Part shown: positions 26,926 through 38,925 of the stretch, piece by piece
Layout of the letters: each line of letters begins with the position of its first letter
Numbering within the stretch: position 1 is the stretch's first letter
Assembly: GCA_964234715.1 (NCBI GenBank)
Contig: OZ174280.1
Length of the DNA stretch: 64,000 nt
Source of the DNA: Podarcis melisellensis
Lineage: Eukaryota
Reading direction: 5' to 3' (one strand)
The notes under the pieces: model-generated
Seen by the model: the letters and a program-made list of their open reading frames with translations, nothing else
Told to the model about the DNA's origin: nothing
Databases searched by the model: none
Program-made: the position numbers and the translations under genes

Positions 26926-27747
26926 GTACAGGCTTATTAATTCTTAATTATGTTCATGAAAGGCAACTTAAATCATGTGTTTTCTTATGCCTTATGATAA
27001 TATTTTAGGTAACAACTGATCTTGAAATGTATGCACTATCTGATGAGCAAAGTCCTGTTGTCTCATGCATTAGAAGGTAAATCTATTTGAAAAGACAAGC
27101 GGCATTAAAATGTCACAGGCTGAGAAGCATTTGATATCAAAATCCAAAACAGAATCACGGCACTTCGTTTTCCTATCAGCGGGAAAAATCTCAACATCTA
27201 CACTTCAGAAACCTAGAATGACAAATAATGGAAGTCAAAACTAGGCTTGCTATTGAGAGCTGCTAAAAGTCTGAAAACAAATTAGACCCAACTTTGAATC
27301 TCCACTGGCCTCGTTTCAGTAGAATATATAAACTTAAGATGGAAGCCATGGAACACATTTGTTTATTAAGGGTAAAATTAAAAAAATATTTCAGAATAAT
27401 GGAAGTGCGTGTGGCATCATTTGAATGCGTCATAAGGCTGCCACCACTGAATGGAAACTAGAGGGTTGTGATGCCAGAGACTCTCTGATGTTACTAGTGG
27501 GTGGTGTTTGGCAGCTGCAGAGACTTTCAGGGTAGTTTGCACTGTGCAAGCTCTATGCTCCTGGAAGAGGACAGTCAGATTGAAGATGTCCTTGGGCTGC
27601 GCTTTAAGCAAAGTTACTCAAGAAGACCAGCTCCTCCAAACTTGAGGATAAAGAGAGGACAAATGGCAAAACAACAACAACAACAACAAAACAACTGCAC
27701 TGGATATAACTTTGCTCTAATTGTGCCATTCAATCGACAGCGTTCTG

Positions 27748-28433
27748 ACCCAGTCTGCGCACCATGGTAACCAAAGCTCCTGTTTTGCTTCTCCCCTATG
27801 GCAAACAGGAGCAACAAACCACAATTGCTGGCTTACTGTTACATCTGAACTAGGGACTGTAGTTGACTTCGATCCAACATGAAGCCAAGATTTGTTCTCG
27901 GCTTACCAACTGTGGTGGGTATGGATCAAATGAACGACAATCCTAATTTGGAGTTCCTTGTTGCTGGTGCTACTTCTGGCTTCTGCTTGGCTGGTGTTGA
28001 CCCGTGACAAGCCTTTTTTGGTAGTGGCTCCCCATTTTTAGAATAGCCTCCTTGGTGAGGTGCAGTTGTCTCCTTCATTATTGACTTTCAGGCAAAATTT
28101 AAAGACATTCCTGTTTACCCAAGCATATGATGGCTATGAGCTACTGGCCATGGCAACCTCGAAATTAGTAACTGTGAAGCTATGTGATTGTTTTTAAAAG
28201 TTTTAAGTGGTTTTAAAATGTTTTAAATATGTTTATCTTAAGTTGTTTTGTTTTAATGTAACATTTGCTGCTCTGGGATCCTTTGGGAGAAAAAGCAGCA
28301 TACAAATAAGTAAAATACACTAAGCCAAGGATTGTGGTTTGCTGCTCCCACTAGGAGAGGAGTGAAGCAGGTGTAATCTCCACATTGGCTGTAAACAATC
28401 AACTATGGTTTACCATGATATAGAAACTGGACC
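27748..28433. mobile_element. Old palindromic DNA-transposon remnant interrupted by an L2 3' fragment (~28000-28315, +)
   Basis: Degenerate TIRs acccagtctgcgcaccatggtaaccaaag / ctatggtttaccatgatatagaaactggacc; internal L2 gcctttttggtagtggctcccc...aatagcctcc. Related pieces at ~38023-38333 and ~50480-51070. Confidence 0.5.
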
Positions 28434-29279
28434 AGTGATTTATTACCACAACCAAATTTGAATTCTAAATAAATTAATCTTAAGCATCAATCTGGTAAAA
28501 CCAATTTGATGAGCCATGACCTGAAGGTCAGTTCTAGAATTATTTAAGGTCAATCAAATCAGCCCCTTGAAGATAAGAGACAATATACGCTGACCTATCT
28601 GCCGGGGTTTTTTTTTTTTTTAAGATAAAGCTTAAAAGTATCTTTCCTCATAGAAGAGATGCTTTAGTGTCTTTCCAAAGCAAAAAGAATACTTGTTGAA
28701 TATTAAACACGTAAGACATGTAATTATTTAACATTATTAATTTTATACTCTGCAAAGTCAACACAAGTCTCATTAAAATGTTAATTTAAGAATAACATTT
28801 TATGTATTAATATTTAAATTTTAAATGTAAAACTGAAGGATGTGATATGTAATATTTAAACAGGGTATCTATGCATGATTGTCTTAGTACAGTCTGCATG
28901 TGAACCACTTAACCCCAACTTTCTTTAAAGACAATTGCTATTTTTTACTGGGCTCACACCATTTCTTGCTACATCTTTCTGCAGGCAATGACACTTTTAT
29001 TGCAATCAGTCCAGTCAACACTAAACTAATTGTTTCTGTTTAGGAAGTTTATTTGAAAATATTAAGATTGTTTGAGGCTATGTGCCTCTTTATCTGTAAC
29101 TCTCAGAGTAGATACAGTTGAGCTTGATGGATTAGCCATTAAAATAATACAAAGCTAAAGAAATATAAAGGCCCCATCCTGCTATAAGCCACTGTGACTA
29201 ATTTACATATTACTTACTGTCCATGATTGCCACTGAAAACTTTTCCACTTGTGTATCCATATGGTGTGTGTTAAAAAGG

Positions 29280-29674
29280 TGTTTTGAGCCAGGAATCAGG
29301 TTCACCTGCTGAACAGCATCCTGAAAGGGGAGGAGGTGGGGTGACTCCACCTGCAGTTGATCAGCCTTCAAGGACTCAGAGGGGAAGGCACTGGTGAGAA
29401 CCAACTGGCTTCAGCCTTCTTAAGCAGTTTCCAACAGGAATCAATTGCTGGTAACAATGCTAGTAGTTCTTGGCCCTACCTTGCTGCTCCCTGCTTGTCT
29501 TGACCCTGCAACCAATGATCACTGGATTCCCTGACCCCTAGACTGTCTGGTCATGTGGATTGCTGTTTGCCTGACCCTAGGACTGGACCTGACTTTGAAT
29601 GCTAACTCTGCCTCCAGGCATGTACACCTCAGAGACTCTCCCATTCCACTGAGCTCAGCAACCAGACTATGACA
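29280..29674. mobile_element. Solo LTR (Gypsy-like), 395 bp
   Basis: TG...CA termini (tgttttgag / ctatgaca), perfect 5-bp TSD aaagg at 29275-29279 and 29675-29679; internal tgaccc repeats. Confidence 0.65.
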
Positions 29675-31168
29675 AAAGGTGTCTACCTTTTTTTTTTAAT
29701 CAGTCTACACTAGCATCACAAAACTACGAAGCAGTTAGAAGGCAAAAGTGTGCATTTAAATGTTCCTCCTCACATCATTAATAGCAGGGAAGGGTTTTGA
29801 AGTGGCAACAACAGATGGAAATTGGTCCTTAGAAGTACAACGAAGAGTGTGGTAGTTCTGTTCTCCGTAATGTGCCATTTTGCAAATCTACACAAATAGA
29901 ACAGTAACCATGGGTGAGTTATTCATAATTCATTTGGGGAAGCAGAAGACTGGCAAAGGTCATTATTGAGTGATAAAATCGCCCCAACTTTGCCCATGCC
30001 CAAGGAGTTACTGTGATGAGGCTCTGGCCTGCAGACTAGAACAGTCTATTCCTCCCAGCTATCCGGCTTCTATTAGCTCTGTTACAAGTTGAGAGAGAAA
30101 GGAAAGAGGGAAGCATAAAAAAAGAACAGCTCTACAGGTTTGGAACATTTTAAACTCAGGAGTTAATCATCACAGAAAATTTATTAGCATACAGTTATGT
30201 TCCACTTATGTGTGGGGCAGCAAAAGAGGTTGGAGAAAATATTTTGGGGAGTGGAAGCAGCTACCTCATATTAGCCCAGGAGAAATACCAGATTATATAA
30301 CCTCTTGAAGATCAGTGGCTCTGTGAGGGATTTTAAATTCAGGTAGCACTTCAAGCATGAGGGGGGCATGACACTGCACAGTATGATCCAAGAAAGGGTA
30401 TTCTTATGATCCCTCTGCAAATGCAGTGCTAGTTACAGCAATGCCCGATTGTCAAAGACTCCATACTTTAAAAAACTAGGTGTAATAATCTTGTTGCTTA
30501 CTGAGTCCTCCTGATAAGAAAAAGGCCAAGCACCCACATAGATTTTGTTAAATGTCTTTGTGATTTTGATAACAGAATCGTTGAGATATTACTGATGCAG
30601 CTGTAGGCTTTTGTAAGTGTAAATGGAATTGTGCCCAAATGCCTTCACTCTTTTTTCCTCAGAGGCCGGCATCAGCCAACCACTCTTCTGCATCACAGCT
30701 CTTTTACAAATAGCACCACAGGATCCTATTCTTTTGCACCTTCTGCTCTACAAGTCTGAGCGATGAAAGGACTTGACACTGAAGATGTTTCGGCCACATC
30801 GTTATCAAAAAAGTCATGATGCACAGTTCTACAACAGGATTTTCCCTCTTTATAATGTCATGACAGTCCTAAGGTTTCTCAACACAGGGGAGCACTGGAC
30901 CAACTAAGGCTGCAATGTTACACGCTTCCCTTAAAGTAAGTTTTATTGAATTTGTGGGACTTAGTAGGTATGCAAAGGATTATACTGTTAATGATGTATT
31001 TAGTATGGGCTAATCAAGGTGCAGATGAAATGCCAGAAGGTTACAGCTGTAATGGTTTTTTTTTATGAAGCAAATACAACTTTATATATTTCCAGAACCT
31101 GGTCTCTATCTTGATCTGAAAAAAAAAATATTTCCAGTAGCACCTTAAAGACCAACTAAGTTAGTTCT

Positions 31169-31209
31169 TGGTATGAGCTTTCGTGTGCATGCACACTTCT
31201 TCAGGTACC
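31169..31209 (-). ncRNA. Second minimal hammerhead motif, sense to FAF1
   Basis: Minus strand ggtac-CTGAAGA-a-gtgtgcatgcacac-GAAA-gc-TC-atacca; the stem I pair next to the core is a C-A mismatch. Confidence 0.6.
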
Positions 31210-31251
31210 TGGTATCTGAAGAAGTGTGCATGCACACGAAAGCTCATACCA
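31210..31251 (+). ncRNA. Minimal type I hammerhead ribozyme motif (Penelope-associated)
   Basis: tggtat-CTGAAGA-a-gtgtg(catg)cacac-GAAA-gc-TC-atacca: stem I, core, stem II, palindromic AGCT stem III; predicted cleavage after C31245. Confidence 0.75.
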
Positions 31252-32666
31252 AGAACTAACTTAGTTGGTCTTTAAGGTGCTACTAGAAGGAATTTTTTTT
31301 TGTTTTGACTATGGCAGACCAACACGGCTACCTATCTGTAACTTGATCTGAAAAGACATTGGTATTAATTTGGTAACCTCATGCAGGGATGGAGTCTACA
31401 TGCTACACTACATAAAAGGCTTCTTTTGAGTTAAAAACAACATATACTTGGATCTTAAGAGAATGTATTGTGTTAATTTCAATTCCATAACTAAGGGCCT
31501 TGTGTACAATCCATCCAACTATACTCATCTTCATTGGAGCCTTTGCACCATAGCCTAGCAAGTTTCTTTCAAAGGCAAGGATGCAATAGCCTGCTTCTCT
31601 GTAACAGACTGGGAGTGGTGCATATAAATCTAATGGTTATTCACGCATGTATGTTTTCTCCATGCAACAAAGAGATCAACAAGTTGTTGTTGCTGTTAAA
31701 ATTAATGGCCACAAAGTGGCAAAACAGTTTACTGAACGGCAAAGAGGGGAGCTAATAAAGAGTTCCTTTACTCAAATTGTACAGCAGAGGAATGCATGGT
31801 CACCAACAAATCGGCATAAGAATTAAAACAGTTCTGTCAGTCATCACTAACTGCATCAGAAAACCACCCAGGGCATACCTCTAGCATCCAAACAACAACA
31901 TACTAGACAGACAGCAACGCCACTGGTGATCCACAACAATTTCTTACAAACTTGCTACCTGTTGAAAGAATTGCATTTTTCCAGATATGACATACTGAAA
32001 ATTTGAGTGCAAGGAAACAGTGATTTCTCCCACAACAGGATATAATTATGAAGAAAAATATATGGACTGTGAACCAAAATGAGAAATCAATACATATTTA
32101 CTGTGCAATAAGAATTTTATTTGTGAGGGAAAGCTTTTAATCAGTTTTCAAGACTCTAGTTTTAGGACTTTTCCATTCTAGATTTTGATTTTTCATTTAT
32201 CTAAATACTGACGCTAAACTGATATATTTTAGAGCAGGCATTCCTTGCTGCATTGCATGATGCTCTCCTATACATACAGAATCAACACAAGGAGTAGAAT
32301 ACCAGCAGGCATTCATTGGTGAACGGTTTAGAAGCACTGCAACATACAGCAACATACAGCTGGAGCAGCTTCAACAGTTCACAGTGAGGAGTTGTAAGCC
32401 AATGCCACCCCTTTCCTGATGCCCCTGCAATTGAGGGGCTATGGAGTAGGAACCCAGGACTGAGGCCACTGCTCAATTGGAGTTAGATGTAGCACCACAA
32501 CAGTTTCTGGAATGTATTCTTGCTTAATTCATTGACTAAAGATTCTGCACATAGAATCATTTCAAGAGCAGAACAGCCTATCCTTCAGCGGTACAAGAAT
32601 TCTGCGTATTAATTTGATGACATGAGCCTAGGGAGTATTGACTGGCATGCAATGTTATTTGGAGTA

Positions 32667-33220
32667 CCGTATTTTTCGCACCATAGGGCGCACTGGACCA
32701 TAGGGCGCACCCATTTTTTGGGGGGGAAATAAAGGGGAAAAAATTATTTCCCCCCCCCCCCAGGCGCGGGGCTGGGGCGGGGGAAGCTCGAGCTTCCCCC
32801 GACCCCAGCCCGCAAACAGGCAGCTCTCTGCAAGCCGTGGGAGCACTCCCGCTGCTTGTGGAGAGGTCCGCGAAGCCTGGGCGCGCTGAGCTCAGCGCGC
32901 GCAGGCTTCGGCATGCTGGCAACTCTCCGCAAGGAGCCGGAGCGCTCCGGCTCCTTGCGGAGAGGTCCGCGAAGCCTGGGCGCACTGAGCTCAGCGCGCG
33001 CAGGCTTCGGCATGCTGGCAACTCTCCGCAAGGAGCCGGAGTGCTCCCGCTCCTTGCGAAGAGGTCCGCGAAGCCTGGAGAGCGTGAGGGGTCGGTGCGC
33101 ACCGACCCCTCTCACTCTCCAGGCTTCAGCGAAAGCCTGCATTCGCACCATAGGACGCACACACATTTCCCCTTCATTTTTGGAGGGGAAAAAGTGCGTC
33201 CTATGGTGCGAAAAATACGG
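32667..33220. mobile_element. Tigger/pogo-like MITE with internal 99-bp tandem palindromic units
   Basis: TA TSD; 27-bp TIR CCGTATTTTTCGCACCATAGGRCGCAC (26 of 27 match); CpG-rich interior. Confidence 0.92.
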
Positions 33221-35749
33221 TAATTTAAACAAAAAACCAAGCCAGATCAAAGGAGGAAAGTTGTGCACCTTTAACATTCATAAACCTATAGGTCATCAAT
33301 CACAACTTTCCTTTTCTAGATGTGGAGGCCTTAATGTCCTTTTGATACATATTTCAAAACACCTAACAGGGTATCATCTCAAAGAGTATATATGTTTAAA
33401 TATGGATCTTCCTTGTTTAGTAGACATATTCAGCATTACAAACAGCTCTTGCACTATCTGAATACAGGCTGTGTGAAGAGACAATCACCTTTCATCCCTT
33501 CCCTTTTTTCTTCATTTCTTGCTATTAGGAAACCATTCACAAGTGCAACCCTGAACAATGTTATGCAGTAATTATGACTACATGACAAAGAGATGTGAAC
33601 AATTACTGAGGCTGTTTTGAAACCCTATACTAATAAAGTCATTAGATGCTGCCCTTGCCATGATCCTTCTAAAAGCTTCTGAAGTTACAAGAGCACACAG
33701 CATTGTTTGTAGGGACAATTGCTGCTGGCAGAATGCAAACCTTGAGTTTAACCATGCTTCAAATTGATCTTGACATTCTGTTAAGACCACCACTAAAATC
33801 AAAAGCAAAGGAGAAAAGGAGAAAATGAGCGGGTGGGATATAATCAAGAAACAGGAGGGTTTCCTCCTCAACTTCTCTCCTCTGCTTTTTCTACAAAACA
33901 TGCCACAGACAAAATGACAAACTTGCCTGGTAGTAAATCTTTATTTCTTAAAACATTAATTAGACTCCTGACCCGGGCACCTTTAAGCACCTTTGATAAT
34001 TATGTTGTTGTAATAAATTGAACTGTTTAAATTATTATAGACAAAATAGAAACAATTTCTGACAAACTTAGACAAAAGTCTAAGAATGGACTGCTATCTA
34101 AACAGGAACAGATCCAATTCTTTTGCAAGTTACCTCTTGCTGAATTTTATTTCATTCCATGAGAAGCCATCAGAACTGAAGGCAAGTGGGTGATGCTTAA
34201 ACTGGCTGCTGTATTTTTCATGTCTTCCAACTAAATCACAAAGTGACATTGATTTAGAACATGTATTTGACTTAAAATGGTTATCTCCCACTTTCTCTAT
34301 TGACTTAAAAACATTCAGAAGTGGCAAAGACCAGACTAAAAGGGCATCTGTCATCACTTGCATGTGAACGGAGACCAGTACATACAAAAGCAGTAAATCT
34401 ACTGGTTTTCATTCAGATGAACTAGCAAAAAGGATGTATGATATGTGAATCTGGCTAATTATTTGGTCATGGAAATAAGGAAATGTGTATGTCAATTACC
34501 CCTTTCTTAAGCTGAGACACTAAAGGAGAAATAAACATTTTAAAATTAAGACTAGCAAGCACCGGCCAAGGAAAAGAGGATTTGAAATATTGTACTCAAG
34601 GGCTTGGGGCTAAACACAACAAACAGACATGTGTTTGGTCAATGAGTTTGATCCTGAATTGCTGATGAGTTATAACCATGTGCATAGAAATTGATATGAT
34701 TCTTCAGTAGCTGCTATTATTTAACTTGCATTTTATTTAACTTGATAAATTAATTGTGGCTTTGTTGGTTTTTTATGGTTTATGTCAACCACTTTGGGTG
34801 CAAGAATAATAAACTTTATTTGCTGCTAACAATAATAAGGCCATCAGGTAAGGATGAGCATCAGTGCTCCACTGTGGACTTCCTGGCCCCACATAATCTC
34901 TTTCAATCCTCCATCATAATGAGAGGAAGGTAAAATGCAATTTTAGGTCTTACTCCTTCTGCAGATAATAGCGGCTCTGAATAAAGGCTGCAGAGTGAGG
35001 AAATGGAGGGAGAAAGAACCAATAGGCTGCAGTAGTAATGCACCTGGTTTGGCAATCCAATTGTCCGCTTTTCAAATTGGGCGCTACTTTCTGGAAATAT
35101 GCATACAATAGCTTGGATTCTAAGAAAAGCAAGCAGAAGGAAGTTCACAGAAGGAAAGGTCCCTTCCTCCCCTATCCCAGCAGCCACCTGTGCTATCACC
35201 AGCTTCTCCAGAGGATCAGGGGCTCCTCCTGAACAACATGAAAAAAGGTATGATGGGGGTTTCTAGAGGAGGGAGAACCCACCCAAAATCAAGTCTGACC
35301 CTCCAGTTGGAGGAACAATTTTTCTATGAATGTCTTTCCACCCACTTAAGAGTCCAAGACATTTGCTTTAATTTTCAATAAAATATCTAACCTTAATCTG
35401 TCCTCATACCACCAAAGTGACAGGTCCATATTAAGTTAACAGATATTTGTAGATACACATAACAAAGTCTATCAACAATCATAGCCAGGACTTTATATTT
35501 TTAATATATTGTGTTGGGAAGATAGTAATTTAATATTACCCCATCTGTTAGATTTATATTGAAGTAGCCTTCACAATTTTCATGTGATAGCACTATGGTC
35601 TCTAGTTAGCAATTCCTCACTATCCCCATGCTGCATGAATAACCCTGCAGCCTAAGAGTAACCTAAATTTATATGTATATATTAAGTATTAATTGTATTT
35701 TGACCTTCCCTATGCTCCACCTAGAATGGAAGCATGGCTGGGAGGGAAA

Positions 35750-36045
35750 AGAGAAGGCTCTCTCAGTAGCTGCACCCAATATCCTACCTCATGAAATGTG
35801 GCTGGCACCCTCTGTCATTGTTTTTCACTGGTTGTTGAAGACTTTTTTCTGGCAGGTTTTTCTTTTATGAGGTAGACAATGTTGTAATGATTTTTTAAAA
35901 AACTGCTGATGTCATCTCTTTTGAAAAGTTTTTTTGCTCGTTTTATTAAATCGCAATCTTTATAGGCTGTAAGACACCCTGAGCAGAGTGTATTTATACA
36001 AGAAGGGTGGTTATAAATGCTCTAATGAAATAAAATTAAATAAAA
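35750..36045 (+). mobile_element. L2 3' fragment
   Basis: aaggctctctcagtagctgcaccc...gtaagacaccctgagc...gggtggttataaatg tail. Confidence 0.6.
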
Positions 36046-36208
36046 AATCGTTTGTTTATATATAGCCATTTGAAAACTGCTATACAATAATTCCTTTGTC
36101 ATAAACTGATAGCAAAACCCAAACGTGTAAGCTTAAGCATCTTATTGTATTTCACAATCAGGTTCTAGATCCATTGAGAATAGCTATAAAGCCTTAAACA
36201 AGCCCTTT

Positions 36209-36372
36209 NNNNNNNNNNNNNNNNNNNNNNNNNNNNNNNNNNNNNNNNNNNNNNNNNNNNNNNNNNNNNNNNNNNNNNNNNNNNNNNNNNNNNNNNNNNN
36301 NNNNNNNNNNNNNNNNNNNNNNNNNNNNNNNNNNNNNNNNNNNNNNNNNNNNNNNNNNNNNNNNNNNNNNNN
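36209..36372. other. Assembly gap (N run, 164 bp)
   Basis: Ns in the sequence. Confidence 1.
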
Positions 36373-38770
36373 AAAACACAACAAAGCAATGACATGCCTG
36401 TTGATTGTCAGTCATAAAAAAACCTCCCTCAAACACAGATTTTCAAAAGAAACTACACTGCAATTTTTTGTCATTGTAAAATAAAAGAAACTAGAGAATT
36501 AAACAGAGACTAGAACAATATAACAGCAGGCAGTCGACTGAACTTAGCCACTGCAGATGGTTTAGAAATAGTGTTTCCTTCGACACCAAGTTGTGGGATA
36601 AAAGGAAAGGAGGGAACTCCCTACCCCCAGTGAATGGCAGCATGTAAGATTTAGCCCAATCTCTTGTCCACATATTTTGCCGTGTTAAAAAGCATAGTTA
36701 CTCCATTCATATCTGTGTTAGAAAGTACTTTTTATCCCTCTTTTCAATAGTAATTAAAACAATTAAAAGCACGGGTCAACACTGTGAGCTAATCTAAATT
36801 AAATTAAGATTATGGTAAATGCATCCAAGTAGTCTGTGGAGTATTATGCAAGAACATTGCATGTTTCAGTCTTAATTTGAAAAGTTAACTGCAATTAACT
36901 CATTTGTAAGTTACCGGGCGGCATGGTGGAGGAATGCACATGTCAGTGAACTAGTCCGATAGGAACACAAAACCATGTGATTTCTTAAGTGCTCTGTTTA
37001 TATTAAGTAACAATTATCAATAGCAACATGGAATGAGACCATCATTGAAGTTAATAAAAAGGAGATCAGCTACTACAATTTTAAGATCCTTCCATCATAA
37101 AAATATATAGACATAGGCTCATTGGTACATACAATATTTCTAAAGACTATCATGATGAATGACATAACCCGCACATTCCACCAGTTACAGAAAGAACTTT
37201 GGTAAGGAACTATTGCCAGCAGACAATTAAGTGCAATCTAAAGCCCAACAACTGTATCACCATATGGGAAAACTTCTGCCTTTATTTATCACAATTAGGC
37301 TGCATTTGACGAAAGTCAAATGGATCAGATTAAACCCAGTGTAGCAATTCTGGTTATTTTTCATATTACAAAACTTTCCCACATGAGCTCAACACAGAGG
37401 CCCTTCAAACTAAACTTCCTGTGGGGTATTAAAAAACTATTAATAACAAAGAGACAGATGGGAAATGGGTGTTTGTAGATGGTTCTGATATTACACTTAC
37501 ATATCTATGCAACGCAATATTCTATACAGTTCATCAGGATGTGGGAACAGGTTGCAACTTGCTTACACCCTACAGGTCCATCCCACTGCTTTATTCTATC
37601 CCATAACAGAAAGTTCTCTCCTTTCTAATTCCCCATCCCAGACACAACAGATCACTGCATCAATCTGCAGGAGGTTTGCTACACTTCCTTCTTATACCAC
37701 CCTTGAAGTCATTCTCCAAGTCTGAATCTTTATACAGCCAAACTGGCACCACCACACACACAGGGGAAGTATCATCAGGTGTGGAGAGAACCCAATGGTT
37801 TCCACCCAAAATGAAAAATCTTTAGGAAAACACAACCCTGAGGAAGAAACCCCAAAACAGGTAAAAGAGGACTTGGTATGTGTCAATCGGCACAGAAATC
37901 CTGATTTAGTATTGGGGGCTAATAGACAGAAAATCAAGTGGAGGAAAAAGAATACAACAGAGTATGTGCTGAAAAAAGGCATGACTGGTAGGCTAGAAAT
38001 CTGAACTGAAGAAGGCCACACTGGCCCAGTTCACTTTACATCTTAAGCCATAGTAAAAATAAACTATGAAATAAACAATTTGAATGAGCAGCATGCTAGT
38101 GCATGCGTCTCAAAAGTGGATGCATTTCAAAAGTCCACATTATGCTGCTCTCCTAATCTACATATTTTTCCACACATGGAACAGCAAGCTAGTTAGTTTC
38201 CTTCCTGGCATGGAAGCAGCAGGAATGGAAGAAGAGTGAAGAATGGGCATTTGAGCAGTGTGTACCAGCAAGATCATTCACATTGAACTATAGTTTATTT
38301 TAACTACAGTTTAATATGATGTGTGAATCAGATCACCGCATCTCTTTGTTGAAGGTTCCACTTGTTGATAAAATGCTTTCCAGGTCTTCATTGGGTGATG
38401 GTGACTCTAAATGTATCCTCCAAGGCGCCAGAAAAGGATGCAGTCATAATGCCCCTCACTCAGATATTTCACTGGTTCTCTTGCTCACTCTCCTCATTCA
38501 CCTAACCCTGGCAGACAGGAGGAAGAGAATGGCCCAGGAGACTTGTGAATGAACAGAGTGGGGAAGGGTGTGTTGGACCCACAGTGGCGGCATCCTGAGA
38601 ACATTAGCCTGTGAAAAGTAAATCACTGAACAATAAAGGCGGCGGGGGGGGGGAGCAGTCCCAAAATCTATTATTTAAACAGAAGGTATACTATGTAACA
38701 TATATTATAAAGATACACTGAGTTTCCTGAGTTCTTAAAACAGTTTAATATTCAACTCCAAATTATTTAC

Positions 38771-38925
38771 CTTGCTCTGTTTGCTTCTTTTGTCATATCC
38801 CATGCCCAGGTTATGAAGTTCTGACTAAGGTAGGAGACGATAGATTCGGCACAAAGCATTTGAGAACAGAACACGTTGGTTAGCACACTTTCGTCATGGT
38901 GGAGGTAGACAGCAAGCAGCTTTCT
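38771..38925 (-). CDS. FAF1: FAF1 coding exon (exon 13 equivalent), RKLLAVYLHHDESVLTNVFCSQMLCAESIVSYLSQNFITWAWDMTKEANRA(R), UAS domain
   Basis: Branch-point-like GCTAAC, poly-C tract, tttttcag|AGA; donor AAG|gtaaat; 155 bp. Confidence 0.97.

Larger units (their letters stand above)
31123..31341. mobile_element. Young Penelope-like element: inverted terminal fragments with a 13-bp TSD
   Basis: ~78-bp inverted arms (31132-31209 / 31211-31288) centred on 31210; TSD cttgatctgaaaa at 31110-31122 and 31342-31354. Confidence 0.85.

Noticed and set aside
26586-27008. 140-aa ORF (also the ORFs at 36165-36436 and 41417-41629)
   Set aside because: These span N gaps and are artefacts.
32578-33461. Overlapping 128-201 aa ORFs on both strands
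   Set aside because: By-product of a GC-rich 99-bp tandem repeat inside a MITE; no domain similarity or splice context.
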